Assembly: GCA_033762115.1 (NCBI GenBank)
Contig: JANRLX010000022.1
Location: 22,003-86,002, forward strand
Direction of reading: 5' to 3'
DNA length: 64,000 bases
From: Verrucomicrobiota bacterium
GTDB taxonomy: Bacteria > Verrucomicrobiota > Verrucomicrobiia > Limisphaerales > SXQI01
Below are positions 40,881-50,417 of the stretch, in pieces. Numbering within the stretch: position 1 is the stretch's first letter; every line of letters starts with the position of its first letter. Below the pieces are notes generated by a model. The model did no database searches. It was given only the letters and a program-made list of their open reading frames with translations, and was not told the origin of the DNA. The position numbers and the translations under genes were made by a program.

Positions 40881-40897
40881 CTGCCTCTGCGCTGGAT

Positions 40898-41908
40898 TTA
40901 TTCATTTGCCAGCACGATCCGGTACCGCGCTTTCCCCGCATGAAGATGTTCGAAGGCGTGGTTGACCTCGGACATCGGAAAAGTTTCCACCACCGCATTG
41001 ATTTGATGCCGCACACAAAAATCCAGCATCCGCGCCGTGGTGACAGGACTTCCCAAAGGAGATCCTGAAACAGAAATCTGGGACATCAACATCGGGAATA
41101 AAATCAACGATACCGGCTCCGGAACAGCGCCGACAAAATGCAAACGTCCTTTGGGTGCCAATGTGCTGATGAATCCCATCCAATCAAGCGGGACGTTCGC
41201 AGTCACAATGATGAAGTTAAAAGCCCCTTTCCATTTCTTGAAATCAGCATCCGTGGAAGTCGCCACATGATGAGCGCCTAGTTTCCGGGCCTCTTCATGC
41301 TTGCTCGCACTGCTTGTAAAAGCCACCACCTCACAGCCCCAATGCTTCAAAAATTGCAGCGCATAATGTCCCAGGCCGCCAATCCCGACCACCCCCACCC
41401 GGTCCAATGGTTTCACATCAAACTGGACGAGTGGATTGAACACGGTGATGCCTCCACAAAAAAGAGGCCCGGCTTTCGCCACATCAAGACCTTCAGGCAA
41501 TGGGAGTGCCCATTCTGATTTGCAACGAACCAGGTCGGCATAACCGCCATGTCGCCCCACAATGGTCTGTTCAGAGGTAGGACACAGGTTATGGTTTCCG
41601 GACATGCAGCTCTGGCAAATCATACAGCTTCCCGCAAACCAACCCATACCAACAGTTTGTCCCGGCTTGAGATGGGAGACATTGCTGCCGACAGCCTTGA
41701 TTTTTCCTACGACTTCATGACCCGGCACGAAAGGGTACTGAGTGAAACCCCAATCGTTATTCCGCATGGAAAGATCGGAATGGCACATTCCACAATGTGA
41801 CACCGCGATATCGACGTAATCCGGCCCGAGATCTGGAAGTTCAAACTCATACGGTTTTAAATCAGCGCCTGCTGAATGTGCGGCATACGCATGAACGGCA
41901 ACTCCCAT
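40898..41908 (-). CDS. Zn-dependent NAD(P) alcohol/aldehyde dehydrogenase (CAD/Ahr-like)
   Basis: CHSD, PGHEVVG, structural-Zn CxxCxxC, PLFCGGITVF, GIGGLGH and KARYRIVL. Confidence 0.92.
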   Translation of the reverse strand: MGVAVHAYAAHSAGADLKPYEFELPDLGPDYVDIAVSHCGMCHSDLSMRNNDWGFTQYPFVPGHEVVGKIKAVGSNVSHLKPGQTVGMGWFAGSCMICQSCMSGNHNLCPTSEQTIVGRHGGYADLVRCKSEWALPLPEGLDVAKAGPLFCGGITVFNPLVQFDVKPLDRVGVVGIGGLGHYALQFLKHWGCEVVAFTSSASKHEEARKLGAHHVATSTDADFKKWKGAFNFIIVTANVPLDWMGFISTLAPKGRLHFVGAVPEPVSLILFPMLMSQISVSGSPLGSPVTTARMLDFCVRHQINAVVETFPMSEVNHAFEHLHAGKARYRIVLANE

Positions 41909-41933
41909 AGGATCCCTTTATTATCGAATTTTG

Positions 41934-44084
41934 TTAATTTGTTTTGGTAGCAACAGTGCTGTCGGTTTTCACCTGCGCCAACAGCCCTGTATAATCAGTC
42001 AAAATTGCAATTGCCTCATTCAATTGAGCGTCGTAAGCAGGGGCGGTTTCCTCTGGCTCCTCCTCCGGTTCTCCGTCAGGGTTGAGTGCGACCGCGGCTG
42101 GCCCCTTTTCCTCAGGCTTGGTTCCTGTCGAAAGTGTCAATGGCTTGTTCTGGTCCACCAAATCCAAATCCACTTCATACGCTTTTTCGGGAGGAGCAGG
42201 CCGGGAAGCCCGTTCTTTTTTCCGTGCTTCCTTGCGCTCTTTCTGCTGCTGCTTTTCAGCAATGCGTTTGGCTTCATTCAAGGAAATGGTTTTATCCTCC
42301 TGCCGCTGCTTCACCTCTTCGATGTCCTCCAGCAAATAAGCGAAATCTTTGCTTTGCCCCATTCGGTCACGCGATAGTTTCCTTAATGTTTCGACATGCG
42401 GCTTCACCTGGTTCTGCACTTTATAGGTGGCCGGGCGAATGGAGTCAGCAGGTAACGCGTTCTCCAGGCTCCCCTCCCCAATTTCCAGGTAATCCCAAAG
42501 CGAAGGCAGGATGATGTCTGGCGTCACTCCATGCTTCTGCGTGGTTCCACCGGCAATCCGATAAAATTTCGAGACTGTCAGCTTAAGTTGTCCGGGGTTT
42601 GGAAAACCAGCGTCCTTGATGATGTTTTCCAGTGAAATAATCCGTTGCACCGTCCCCTTGCCATGAGTGGTTTGGTCTCCCACAATCAAGGCCCTGCCGT
42701 AATCCTGCAACGCTGCCGCGGTGATTTCCGAGGCTGAAGCGCTCAATTTTCCCACCAGCACAATCAGCGGTCCGCGATAAACCGTTTTGGAATTCTTGTC
42801 ATCCAGCACCTCTGTCTCCTGCTGGCTGTTTTTTACCTGCACCACAGGCCCGCGGCTCATGAATAAACCAGTCAGACTCACCGCTTCCTCCAGAATCCCG
42901 CCGCCATTATGGCGCAAATCCAATACCACTCCCTCCACCTGCTCTTTTTTTAGTCGCGTCAGCAACTTCTCCACATGACTGGCGCAGTTATCATAAAACT
43001 GCGGCAGATCAATCACCCCAATACGAACGATTTTTCCATTCCCATCCACATGATCGATGATCCGGGCTTTCGCAAACTGTTCCTTTAACTTTACCTCGTC
43101 ACGAACCAAAGAAATAACCTTCTTTGTGTCAGGAGCGCTCGCGGGAATGATGGTCAGTCGCACCTCTGTTCCTCGCTTGCCGCGAATCATCGACACCACT
43201 TTGTTCAGCCGCATCTCGATCGTGTCCACAGGTTCCCCGTCAGCCTGGGCAACGGCAATGATCTTGTCTCCCGGCTTCAATAATTTGCTCAACTCCGCAG
43301 GTCCGCCGGGCAGCAGGCTTTTGATTTTTGTATAACCATCCTCCCATTGCAGCTGTGCGCCAATCCCACTCAGCGACAAGGAAATATTATTAATATCGAA
43401 GTTGGCGGCCTCAGTCGGGCTCAGGTAATCCGAATGAGGGTCATAGGCATGCGCCAGAGATGTCAGATAGGTTTGGAGAATCTCCTCAGAATCAAACTCT
43501 TTCATCGTCCGTTCCAGCCGCTGGTATCGGCGGGTCACCATTCCGATGGTTTCCTCGGGCTTTTCCTTTGCCAGCTTTCCCTGCAACAATTCATACTTGA
43601 TCCGCAAACGCCATAATTTCTCGGCTTCTGCATCATTCGCGGGCCAGGGCAATTTCGTCCGGTTCACCTGGAACGATTCATCCGTTGTAAAATCCATCGG
43701 CTCCTTGACGATCTTCTCCACGTAACTCCGCCGCTCTGCCAGCCGGGTCAAATATTTGGAAAAAATTTCATAACCAGGTCCGACATTCCCCAGTAACGTC
43801 GCATCATCCAACCGCTTCCCGAACCTGGCGTTGAACTCATCCACGTCGCTTTGCAGAAAGATTAAATGGTTATAGTCCAGCGTGTTCAGGTAATTTTTCA
43901 AGAACACCTCGGAAATCTTGTCATCCAGTGGCGCCTGCCGAAAGTGCACCTGCTCAAGAATTTTGCCCACATATTGTGCCACCCGGCCGGACTGCTCCGG
44001 TGTGAACACTTCTTTGAAATTGGTTTCAACAGCGAACGAACTCAGGAAAGATGTCGCGAGGCAAAGAGTTGCGAAAAACTTCAT
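41934..44084 (-). CDS. prc: Carboxy-terminal processing (tail-specific) protease, S41
   Basis: YDPHSDYL, GIGAQL PDZ, DLRHNGGG, SASASEI, THGKGTVQ and KFYRIAGGTTQ; start at MKFF. Confidence 0.9.
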   Translation of the reverse strand: MKFFATLCLATSFLSSFAVETNFKEVFTPEQSGRVAQYVGKILEQVHFRQAPLDDKISEVFLKNYLNTLDYNHLIFLQSDVDEFNARFGKRLDDATLLGNVGPGYEIFSKYLTRLAERRSYVEKIVKEPMDFTTDESFQVNRTKLPWPANDAEAEKLWRLRIKYELLQGKLAKEKPEETIGMVTRRYQRLERTMKEFDSEEILQTYLTSLAHAYDPHSDYLSPTEAANFDINNISLSLSGIGAQLQWEDGYTKIKSLLPGGPAELSKLLKPGDKIIAVAQADGEPVDTIEMRLNKVVSMIRGKRGTEVRLTIIPASAPDTKKVISLVRDEVKLKEQFAKARIIDHVDGNGKIVRIGVIDLPQFYDNCASHVEKLLTRLKKEQVEGVVLDLRHNGGGILEEAVSLTGLFMSRGPVVQVKNSQQETEVLDDKNSKTVYRGPLIVLVGKLSASASEITAAALQDYGRALIVGDQTTHGKGTVQRIISLENIIKDAGFPNPGQLKLTVSKFYRIAGGTTQKHGVTPDIILPSLWDYLEIGEGSLENALPADSIRPATYKVQNQVKPHVETLRKLSRDRMGQSKDFAYLLEDIEEVKQRQEDKTISLNEAKRIAEKQQQKERKEARKKERASRPAPPEKAYEVDLDLVDQNKPLTLSTGTKPEEKGPAAVALNPDGEPEEEPEETAPAYDAQLNEAIAILTDYTGLLAQVKTDSTVATKTN

Positions 44085-44284
44085 AATCAATAAATGAACT
44101 GACCCCGGACCCGCTGCCACTTGCCGAACGACCTCGGGGACGCTTTTCCTTACCACTTCCCACCCCTCTTTTCAAACTTTTCTTTCCTTGGACTGCTGTC
44201 CATGAAGCAACCCCCTCCGCCCTTTCCTTTTTGAAATCCGAAATTGAATCGCATTCGGGCTGATTTCGTCTTATTTTCCTCTTC

Positions 44285-44662
44285 ATGCGGCCATTTCAGA
44301 TCATTTTTAATCCTACCAGCGCGGCGGAACTGGCAAAAATGCCAAAGGAGTTGCAGCTCTATATCCTGGGGGAGTTTCGTGGACTTCCCCTGGAAGTCAT
44401 GAAAGCTGACCTCGAAAAATATGGAAAACTCGAACGCGCCGGGAAGCTCCTGCATCGTTTTCGCCTGGGCGATTATCGCATCTATTTCGCACGGCATGAC
44501 CTGGGGGTGGTCGTCTACCGCATTCTCAATCGCAATTCGCTGAAAGATTTTCTTTACCGCTCAAACCTGCCAATCCGTGAAGATGAAGCCCTCCAGGAAA
44601 ATCCAAAATTCTGGGAACTCATCGAAAATGCAAACTCCTCCACCCCCAAGGCCTCTGTATGA
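44285..44662 (+). CDS. RelE/ParE-like fold protein
   Basis: LHRFRLGDYRIYF....GVVVYRILNR motif; the stop overlaps the next ATG. Confidence 0.65.
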   Translation: MRPFQIIFNPTSAAELAKMPKELQLYILGEFRGLPLEVMKADLEKYGKLERAGKLLHRFRLGDYRIYFARHDLGVVVYRILNRNSLKDFLYRSNLPIREDEALQENPKFWELIENANSSTPKASV

Positions 44663-45714
44663 TCAACCGCTTTTTTCACCTGTCCCTGCTCCTTCCCACC
44701 CTGCTCCTCGGCTTCGCCGAAGAAGCAACAAAACCGGTTGCCCCCGCTGACCAGGCCTGGGCGGAAATAGAAAAACTCAAAATCGCTCCTGCACCGCCAG
44801 CTTCCTGGAATCAAAAGGCCCCGACGAAAGAGGAGCATGACGCCTTCAAGGCCGAGCTTCTCAAGGCTGCGGAGAAGGCCGCTGCCAAATCAAAGGAATT
44901 CCACACCACTTATCCCACCCATCCAAAAGCTCAGGATGCACGCAATACCGAAGCTCTGTTCGAAAAACGGATTGCCGCTCTCAAGCAACCATCGGAAAAC
45001 GGATCAAAACAGAAGGATCCCGGCAGTGAAGCATTCCAGAGACGGCACAGTGAGATGGTGGAAGCAGCCAAACAGAAACAGCCGGAAGGGATGGACGCTG
45101 TGCTGGCTCAGTTGGAACAGGGAGCACGCGATCTGATCAAGGATTTTCCGGAACGCGAGGAAGGTTACAGTTACCTCCTGATGGTGGCTTCCAAAAGCAC
45201 AGCTGACAAAGGTTTGTTGATTGCTCGTGAGTTGGCCGCGAGCAATGCGCCCGACCAGATCAAATCACATGCAAAAAGAATGTTCAAACAGCACGAATCC
45301 CTCGGGAAACCTTTGACCATGGCTTTCACCGCTGTGGACGGTACTGCTGTGGATATGGCCAAAATGAAAGGCAAAGTTGTCTTGATCGATTTTTGGGCAA
45401 CCTGGTGCGGCCCCTGCGTTGCAGAATTGCCCAAGGTAAAAAAAGCTTATGCCGAACTTCATCGAAAAGGATTTGAAATTATTGGCATCAGCCTGGATGA
45501 AGACAAAGCCGCGTTGCTGAAATTTATCAAATCTGAACAGATGCCCTGGGCACAATTTTTCGATGGAAATGGATGGAAAAACAGCATCGCCCAGGAGTAC
45601 GGGATCCACAGCATCCCTGCCATGTGGCTGGTCGATAAGCAGGGGGTGGTCCGGGACATCAATGCTCGGGATGACCTCGTCGGAAAAGTGCAGAAATTGC
45701 TTGCTGAGAAATAA
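44659..45714 (+). CDS. TlpA-family thiol-disulfide oxidoreductase
   Basis: KGKVVLIDFWATWCGPC, IGISLD and IPAMWLVDKQG; signal peptide and helical N-domain. Confidence 0.9.
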   Translation: MINRFFHLSLLLPTLLLGFAEEATKPVAPADQAWAEIEKLKIAPAPPASWNQKAPTKEEHDAFKAELLKAAEKAAAKSKEFHTTYPTHPKAQDARNTEALFEKRIAALKQPSENGSKQKDPGSEAFQRRHSEMVEAAKQKQPEGMDAVLAQLEQGARDLIKDFPEREEGYSYLLMVASKSTADKGLLIARELAASNAPDQIKSHAKRMFKQHESLGKPLTMAFTAVDGTAVDMAKMKGKVVLIDFWATWCGPCVAELPKVKKAYAELHRKGFEIIGISLDEDKAALLKFIKSEQMPWAQFFDGNGWKNSIAQEYGIHSIPAMWLVDKQGVVRDINARDDLVGKVQKLLAEK

Positions 45715-45797
45715 TTGCGATCAAATTTGAATGCGACAAAGCGCCTGCCTGTCTTATGAGGTGTAAAGGAAATGCTCTTTGGCCAAAAACAAAGCGC

Positions 45798-45826
45798 TTG
45801 ACGTTTTGGGCGAGATCGAATTAACT
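45798..45826 (+). promoter_or_regulatory. Putative sigma70 promoter of the leader transcript
   Basis: TTGACG-N17-TTAACT ending 9 nt before the leader ATG. Confidence 0.55.
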
Positions 45827-45835
45827 CAAGGGGTA

Positions 45836-45937
45836 ATGCGACCAACATTCGCCATTAAAATGATTGTAGCGTCAGGCGCCATGAGCACCTGGCAGCGCTG
45901 CCATCTGTCCAATGGCAATGTGGGGAAGGCATTCTAA
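45836..45937 (+). CDS. Putative attenuator leader peptide (33 aa)
   Basis: MRPTFAIKMIVASGAMSTWQRCHLSNGNVGKAF*; ends 19 nt before the terminator stem and contains the antiterminator segment. Confidence 0.55.
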   Translation: MRPTFAIKMIVASGAMSTWQRCHLSNGNVGKAF

Positions 45938-45956
45938 CAGTAGAACCAGATTTCCG

Positions 45957-45995
45957 AAACCCACGATTGCCAGTCAATCGTGGGTTTTTGTTTTT
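45957..45995 (+). terminator. Intrinsic terminator (attenuator) upstream of the 112-aa ORF
   Basis: AAACCCACGATTG-ccagt-CAATCGTGGGTTT followed by TTGTTTTT. Confidence 0.85.
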
Positions 45996-46016
45996 GGTCA
46001 ATAAACACAAATAAAG

Positions 46017-46355
46017 ATGAATAAAATAAGTAAAGTGCCGACTGAGTTCGAGCCCGAAACGGTCTTCGAATTGGACCCCAACAATGGGAAAGCCAGTCAC
46101 GTGAACAGGATCTTCAATCAATTGAGGGATCGATTGTTGTCGGAAATGATTGAAGAAACGGAGACCCTCGCGTTGAAACCTGCCTTGACTCAGGCTGCCA
46201 ATGAAGCAGCCGGGTTGGCCTGGATCACCGGTTTCCCGCTCCTTACCTTTCCGATCCTGTTCGCTGAGAAGGCTCAGGATTACCGCAATCGGTTATTCCG
46301 ACAGGAACGGATCACTGCACGCAGCAGCGGGATGCTTGAGGAGGCCGTATGCTAA
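46017..46355 (+). CDS. Hypothetical protein under attenuator control
   Basis: 112-aa ORF with protein-like composition (…QAANEAAGLAWITGFPLLTFPILFAEKA…); ATG about 20 nt after the terminator. Confidence 0.75.
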   Translation: MNKISKVPTEFEPETVFELDPNNGKASHVNRIFNQLRDRLLSEMIEETETLALKPALTQAANEAAGLAWITGFPLLTFPILFAEKAQDYRNRLFRQERITARSSGMLEEAVC

Positions 46356-46459
46356 GTGCCATTAAATCCAACCATTCTCTTGCTGGCCAGGCCGGACTGA
46401 CCTGGCTGCGCAAGGGATCTTCAAGGTCAGTTGTCAAGGCACGGCGTCGCTTCCATTGA
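46349..46459 (+). CDS. Candidate 36-aa basic small protein
   Basis: GAGGAGG SD 4 nt before an ATG overlapping the upstream stop; MLSAIKSNHSLAGQAGLTWLRKGSSRSVVKARRRFH*. Confidence 0.35.
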   Translation: MLSAIKSNHSLAGQAGLTWLRKGSSRSVVKARRRFH

Positions 46460-46558
46460 GTTGAACGGAGTTACCGATCATCTCACTGGAGGCGATGCCC
46501 GTTCTATTTTCCTCGCTTCGATAACATGACATGCTATTAATGCTCTCATCCCACGCCG

Positions 46559-47287
46559 ATGAAATTGCATCGTCATCCCAAGCGACTCATTGCATTTAGC
46601 TTGATTGAGTTGCTTGTGGTCATTGCCATCATTGCGATCCTCGCTGGAATGCTCCTTCCGGCCATTTCCCGTTCCAAGGAAAAGGCTTTATCAATCAAAT
46701 GCCTGAACAATTTACGGCAAATGGGCCTTTCCATGATCTTGTATGCCCAGGATAACAATGGCTTTTTCCCATCCCGGACTGATTCGAAACGGTGGCCCAC
46801 CCAATTAAAACCGTTCTATCAAAATTTCTTCATTCTCCAATGTCCGGCAGACAAACCACCCCGCCCCACTCGGGTTGATTACAGCAAAGTGCAACCAGAC
46901 GACGCCCCGCGCAGTTATATTATCAATGGTTGGAACGATTATTTTCAGGAACAGCTCAAAACCACTGATATGGGCCGACTGATGGGAAAGGCGGTCCGGG
47001 AATCAGACCTCAAAAAACCGACTGAAACCATTGTCATGGGAGAAAAGATCACCGGCAGCGATCATTACTATATGGATTTTTTTGAATCCAATGATGTTGA
47101 CCAGATCGAACGGGGCCGCCACTCCAATTTCAGCAAAAAAGCCACTCGCGTGACGAAAGCTGGAGGGTCAAACTACGCTTTTGCCGATGGGAGCTCCCGT
47201 TTTATCCGTTACCGGGGCGTTTTGTATCCATTAAACCTTTGGGCGACCACCGACGCCTTTCGCAACAATCGGGCCATGAGCAACTAA
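46559..47287 (+). CDS. Prepilin-type N-terminal cleavage/methylation protein (DUF1559-like, H-X-DG C-terminus)
   Basis: [31 protein letters not shown] and RH...[10 protein letters not shown]. Confidence 0.9.
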   Translation: MKLHRHPKRLIAFSLIELLVVIAIIAILAGMLLPAISRSKEKALSIKCLNNLRQMGLSMILYAQDNNGFFPSRTDSKRWPTQLKPFYQNFFILQCPADKPPRPTRVDYSKVQPDDAPRSYIINGWNDYFQEQLKTTDMGRLMGKAVRESDLKKPTETIVMGEKITGSDHYYMDFFESNDVDQIERGRHSNFSKKATRVTKAGGSNYAFADGSSRFIRYRGVLYPLNLWATTDAFRNNRAMSN

Positions 47288-47290
47288 CCG

Positions 47291-47887
47291 ATGATCCATT
47301 TGTTTTTAAAAGCGCCCCGGAAAGGCTTGGTCAAGACCCGTCTGGCCGTGACCCTTGGAGATGAGGGTGCGTTGGAGGCTTACCGGGTCATGCTCGATTA
47401 TGTCCTGGATACTCTTGAACCGTTTGATCAGGTCGAACTTTGCTTTACGCCATCAAATTCAGAACAGGAATTGTTACTTTTTCGGCGACGCGAGGAATGG
47501 CGGCTTGCCGATCAGGGGGAAGGTGATTTAGGGCAGCGCCTGACCAATGCTTTTGCCAGGTCATTCGATAATGGCAGCAATTTTGCCATCGCAATAGGCG
47601 CCGACTCCCCGGACATGAATTCCGAGGACCTTCGGAATGCCATGAGCCAGCTGAAGGAAAGTGATCTGGTGCTCGGCCCGGCTGAAGATGGCGGGTACTG
47701 GCTGGTGGGGATGAGAAAATTCGAGCCTGCCATTTTCCAGGGAATCGAATGGAGCAGCCCCAACGTTTTGCAACAAACCCTGGATATTGCCCGCAATTAT
47801 CGGTTGAAAGTGACGCTGCTAAGGACGCTTTCCGATATAGACACCGCCGCCGATTGGGGACGTTTTCAATGCTCTATCCGCACTTGA
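47291..47887 (+). CDS. DUF2064 / TIGR04282-family glycosyltransferase-like protein
   Basis: VKTRLA, QGEGDLGQRL, IGADSP, VLGPAEDGGYWLVG and DID. Confidence 0.88.
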   Translation: MIHLFLKAPRKGLVKTRLAVTLGDEGALEAYRVMLDYVLDTLEPFDQVELCFTPSNSEQELLLFRRREEWRLADQGEGDLGQRLTNAFARSFDNGSNFAIAIGADSPDMNSEDLRNAMSQLKESDLVLGPAEDGGYWLVGMRKFEPAIFQGIEWSSPNVLQQTLDIARNYRLKVTLLRTLSDIDTAADWGRFQCSIRT

Positions 47888-48891
47888 AGCAGGCGAAATC
47901 TTTTTTCGGAATCCTCCAAATCCTTGCATTCTTTCCCCCCGCTTTTCACCGTGCCGTCATCGCTGACCACGTGAAAGATTTCCGGACCCGAGCCGGGAAA
48001 TTGAAAAATGGCTTCGGGGTTATATCCTTCAAAGATTTGTTTTTCGCTCAATGCTTTCAAACCCTGTTTCCCATCCCAACGGAAAATTCGAAAGTTGCTC
48101 GATCCATCTGTCGGCCCCGCGAGGATCAGATAAAAATCATCCACCTGAAAAATGTCCCGCACACCAAAACCATCCAGGTCCAATTGATGCGCCTTACCGA
48201 AAACAGTCTTCTGCCCTTCCATGGCCGCTTCTGGATTGGTCACCTCAAAAAGCAATGCCTTCCCCTCCGGTACCGGATTGCGAAGGCCAACCAAAAGCTG
48301 GGTTGAGTTCCATGCAGCGAGTCCCTCAATATTAAATCCTCCTTCGGCTTTGGGGGCGAGTTTTTCCGCCGTTTTGAGGGGAAAGGAATCAAATCTTTTT
48401 TCCTTCAGGAGATCTTCAAGAAAACTTTTGGAAAAGTTCCTGGGCGGCTTCAGGCTCGGAACAGCGCCTGCAATAATTTCAGTGGCAAAAAGGCGATGGC
48501 GGCTGGGACGTCGTTTCGCGTTTTTATTTCTGCCATGGGATGTGATCCAATAAATTTTATTACCAATTCGCGCCGCTCCCTCAATATCCGTTTCCGGTTC
48601 CTCCGGATCAACGTCCAGGTGCTCGGTTAAGTCGATAAATGAGATCGGTTCCGTTTTTCCGTCAAGCTGATAGACACGCACAACGTTGGTTTCATCGTCA
48701 GCTACAGCGAAATGCCGATGATCAAGGGCCACTGCGGCTGAGCCATCGCACAATCCGGTAAATGAATAAACTTTCTCGATCATGACTGCAGGGGAATTGG
48801 CGGCCTGGGAATTGACCAGAAGGCTGGTCATTGCAAAGGCCAGAAAATTTCGAATGCTCCTCACAATGTGTAAACGGACCGCAACCGCCAT
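47866..48891 (-). CDS. DUF3616-like secreted protein
   Basis: VADDETN, DIEGAA....IYWITSHGRNK, GFNIEGLA, GLRNP and VSDDG. Start uncertain. Confidence 0.75.
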   Translation of the reverse strand: MAVAVRLHIVRSIRNFLAFAMTSLLVNSQAANSPAVMIEKVYSFTGLCDGSAAVALDHRHFAVADDETNVVRVYQLDGKTEPISFIDLTEHLDVDPEEPETDIEGAARIGNKIYWITSHGRNKNAKRRPSRHRLFATEIIAGAVPSLKPPRNFSKSFLEDLLKEKRFDSFPLKTAEKLAPKAEGGFNIEGLAAWNSTQLLVGLRNPVPEGKALLFEVTNPEAAMEGQKTVFGKAHQLDLDGFGVRDIFQVDDFYLILAGPTDGSSNFRIFRWDGKQGLKALSEKQIFEGYNPEAIFQFPGSGPEIFHVVSDDGTVKSGGKECKDLEDSEKRFRLLQVRIEH

Positions 48892-48912
48892 TAAGTTACA
48901 GCATCACGAAGC

Positions 48913-48958
48913 AAAAGCGGGCGTTGGCATACACACGTTTTTTAAAGCCAACGCCCGC
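48913..48958 (-). terminator. Intrinsic terminator-like hairpin
   Basis: 12-bp perfect inverted repeat GCGGGCGTTGGC/GCCAACGCCCGC followed by TTTT on the minus strand. Confidence 0.6.
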
Positions 48959-49081
48959 CGCCCTCCCACTCAGGAGGAAAGCAAATGCTCAGTGGATGAG
49001 CAGTTTGGGAACGGTTCGATTCAACTTCTACAACAGGATGACTGAATTTCAAGTTATTTTCGAACACGTTTCCCCCACCTT

Positions 49082-50173
49082 TCATTGCGTCAGATAAAAA
49101 CGGTGCAGCACTGGCAGATGATCAGAAATGGTTTCCTTCATTTCTCGCAATACAGCCACCACCTCAGCTTTGGTCATGTCCCCTGTTTCAGCGATGACGT
49201 CTTGAATCGGTTTCCAGCGAACAACCTGGGCTGGCTTGCCTACGATCTGGTCCGCAGATGCCAGGCTAATGACCGCAAGATCAATCTTGGAAGTGAACTT
49301 GGTTGTCCGGTTGGCAAGCCACATATATGAGAAATCACTGGGATCATTAATCGAACGGAATTTGACTTTGGAATTTGGGGCATTTTCCAGTGCGGCAAAC
49401 GGGTCCCAACATTTGTCCCCGGGAGGAGCATTGAAATCTCCCATGATTAATGTGTCATTGTCTGTTACCAAAGCTTCATTCTGGAGCCATGCCGCCAACA
49501 CCCGTGCGGACTCTTCACGTTGAGGAGCCCCATCTGCCATTGCTTTCAGATGCACGCCAAGGGCCTGAAAATCAAATTTCTCAAGACCTCCCGTGGGATT
49601 TGGGGCGATATCGTCCAGGTCAATGGGAATACGTGCGGTAAAGTAGCCATACAGAGGGGTACGACCAGCAAAAGCATCTGCCTGGCCTCCGGGCATTTTG
49701 TGGGTACCTTTGGGAAAAAGTTCTTTCACATCATCCTTTGCACGAATCCAGTCCCGGTCCCACATCATGGCAACTCGTTGCTCACCACCAGCCAATGTAT
49801 AATCCACGGCATAATCTCCCGCGCCTGTTTCTGTCAAAGCACGTGCGATCGGGTCCAGCACACCTTCCCGCCGCCCATCCGGAGAAGGACCGGCAATTTC
49901 CTGGAAAATGAAAAGATCTGCGTTCAACGTTTGAAGTATCTGCTGCACCAACGCGAAACGCCGCGCATCTTTACTCCGCGATTTCGCTGCCCCAAACCAT
50001 TCGATGTTCCATTGAATAACATCCAGATAACGGTCACTGCCCCGGTATTCTTTAGGGACAATATCAGACAATGCTTCTGAGTAGTTGTCATTGTCTGCGG
50101 TGATCACATTGGCCCGGTCATGGGCGCGACGACGTGAAGTGCTGTTTGTACGATTGCGATTTGTTTTTGCCAT
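49082..50173 (-). CDS. Endonuclease/exonuclease/phosphatase (EEP) family protein
   Basis: QWNIEWF, FQEI, VHLKA, MGDFN, ID and terminal SDHLPV motifs. Confidence 0.85.
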   Translation of the reverse strand: MAKTNRNRTNSTSRRRAHDRANVITADNDNYSEALSDIVPKEYRGSDRYLDVIQWNIEWFGAAKSRSKDARRFALVQQILQTLNADLFIFQEIAGPSPDGRREGVLDPIARALTETGAGDYAVDYTLAGGEQRVAMMWDRDWIRAKDDVKELFPKGTHKMPGGQADAFAGRTPLYGYFTARIPIDLDDIAPNPTGGLEKFDFQALGVHLKAMADGAPQREESARVLAAWLQNEALVTDNDTLIMGDFNAPPGDKCWDPFAALENAPNSKVKFRSINDPSDFSYMWLANRTTKFTSKIDLAVISLASADQIVGKPAQVVRWKPIQDVIAETGDMTKAEVVAVLREMKETISDHLPVLHRFYLTQ

Positions 50174-50380
50174 AGCGTTGATGATTTTTTATGAAGCATT
50201 TGCCAGCATCTGAGCTTAAGGACGCGAGCAACCCAGAGCAAAACAAGGGCTTACTTTGTTAATGCCTAAAACGACTTCCTTCCTAGCGGGAATAAAAAAA
50301 CAAATCTTATAAATTAAATCAATGTTTTGAATGTGACGATTGTGTTACGGATTTCAACCAGGTAATTCACCGCCCCCTGC

Positions 50381-50408
50381 TTGTGTTCAATCCAGCCAAA
50401 GGTATAGT
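50381..50408 (+). promoter_or_regulatory. Putative rnpB promoter
   Basis: TTGTGT-N16-TATAGT about 10 nt before the RNA's P1 helix. Confidence 0.5.
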
Positions 50409-50417
50409 ATCCCCCCT

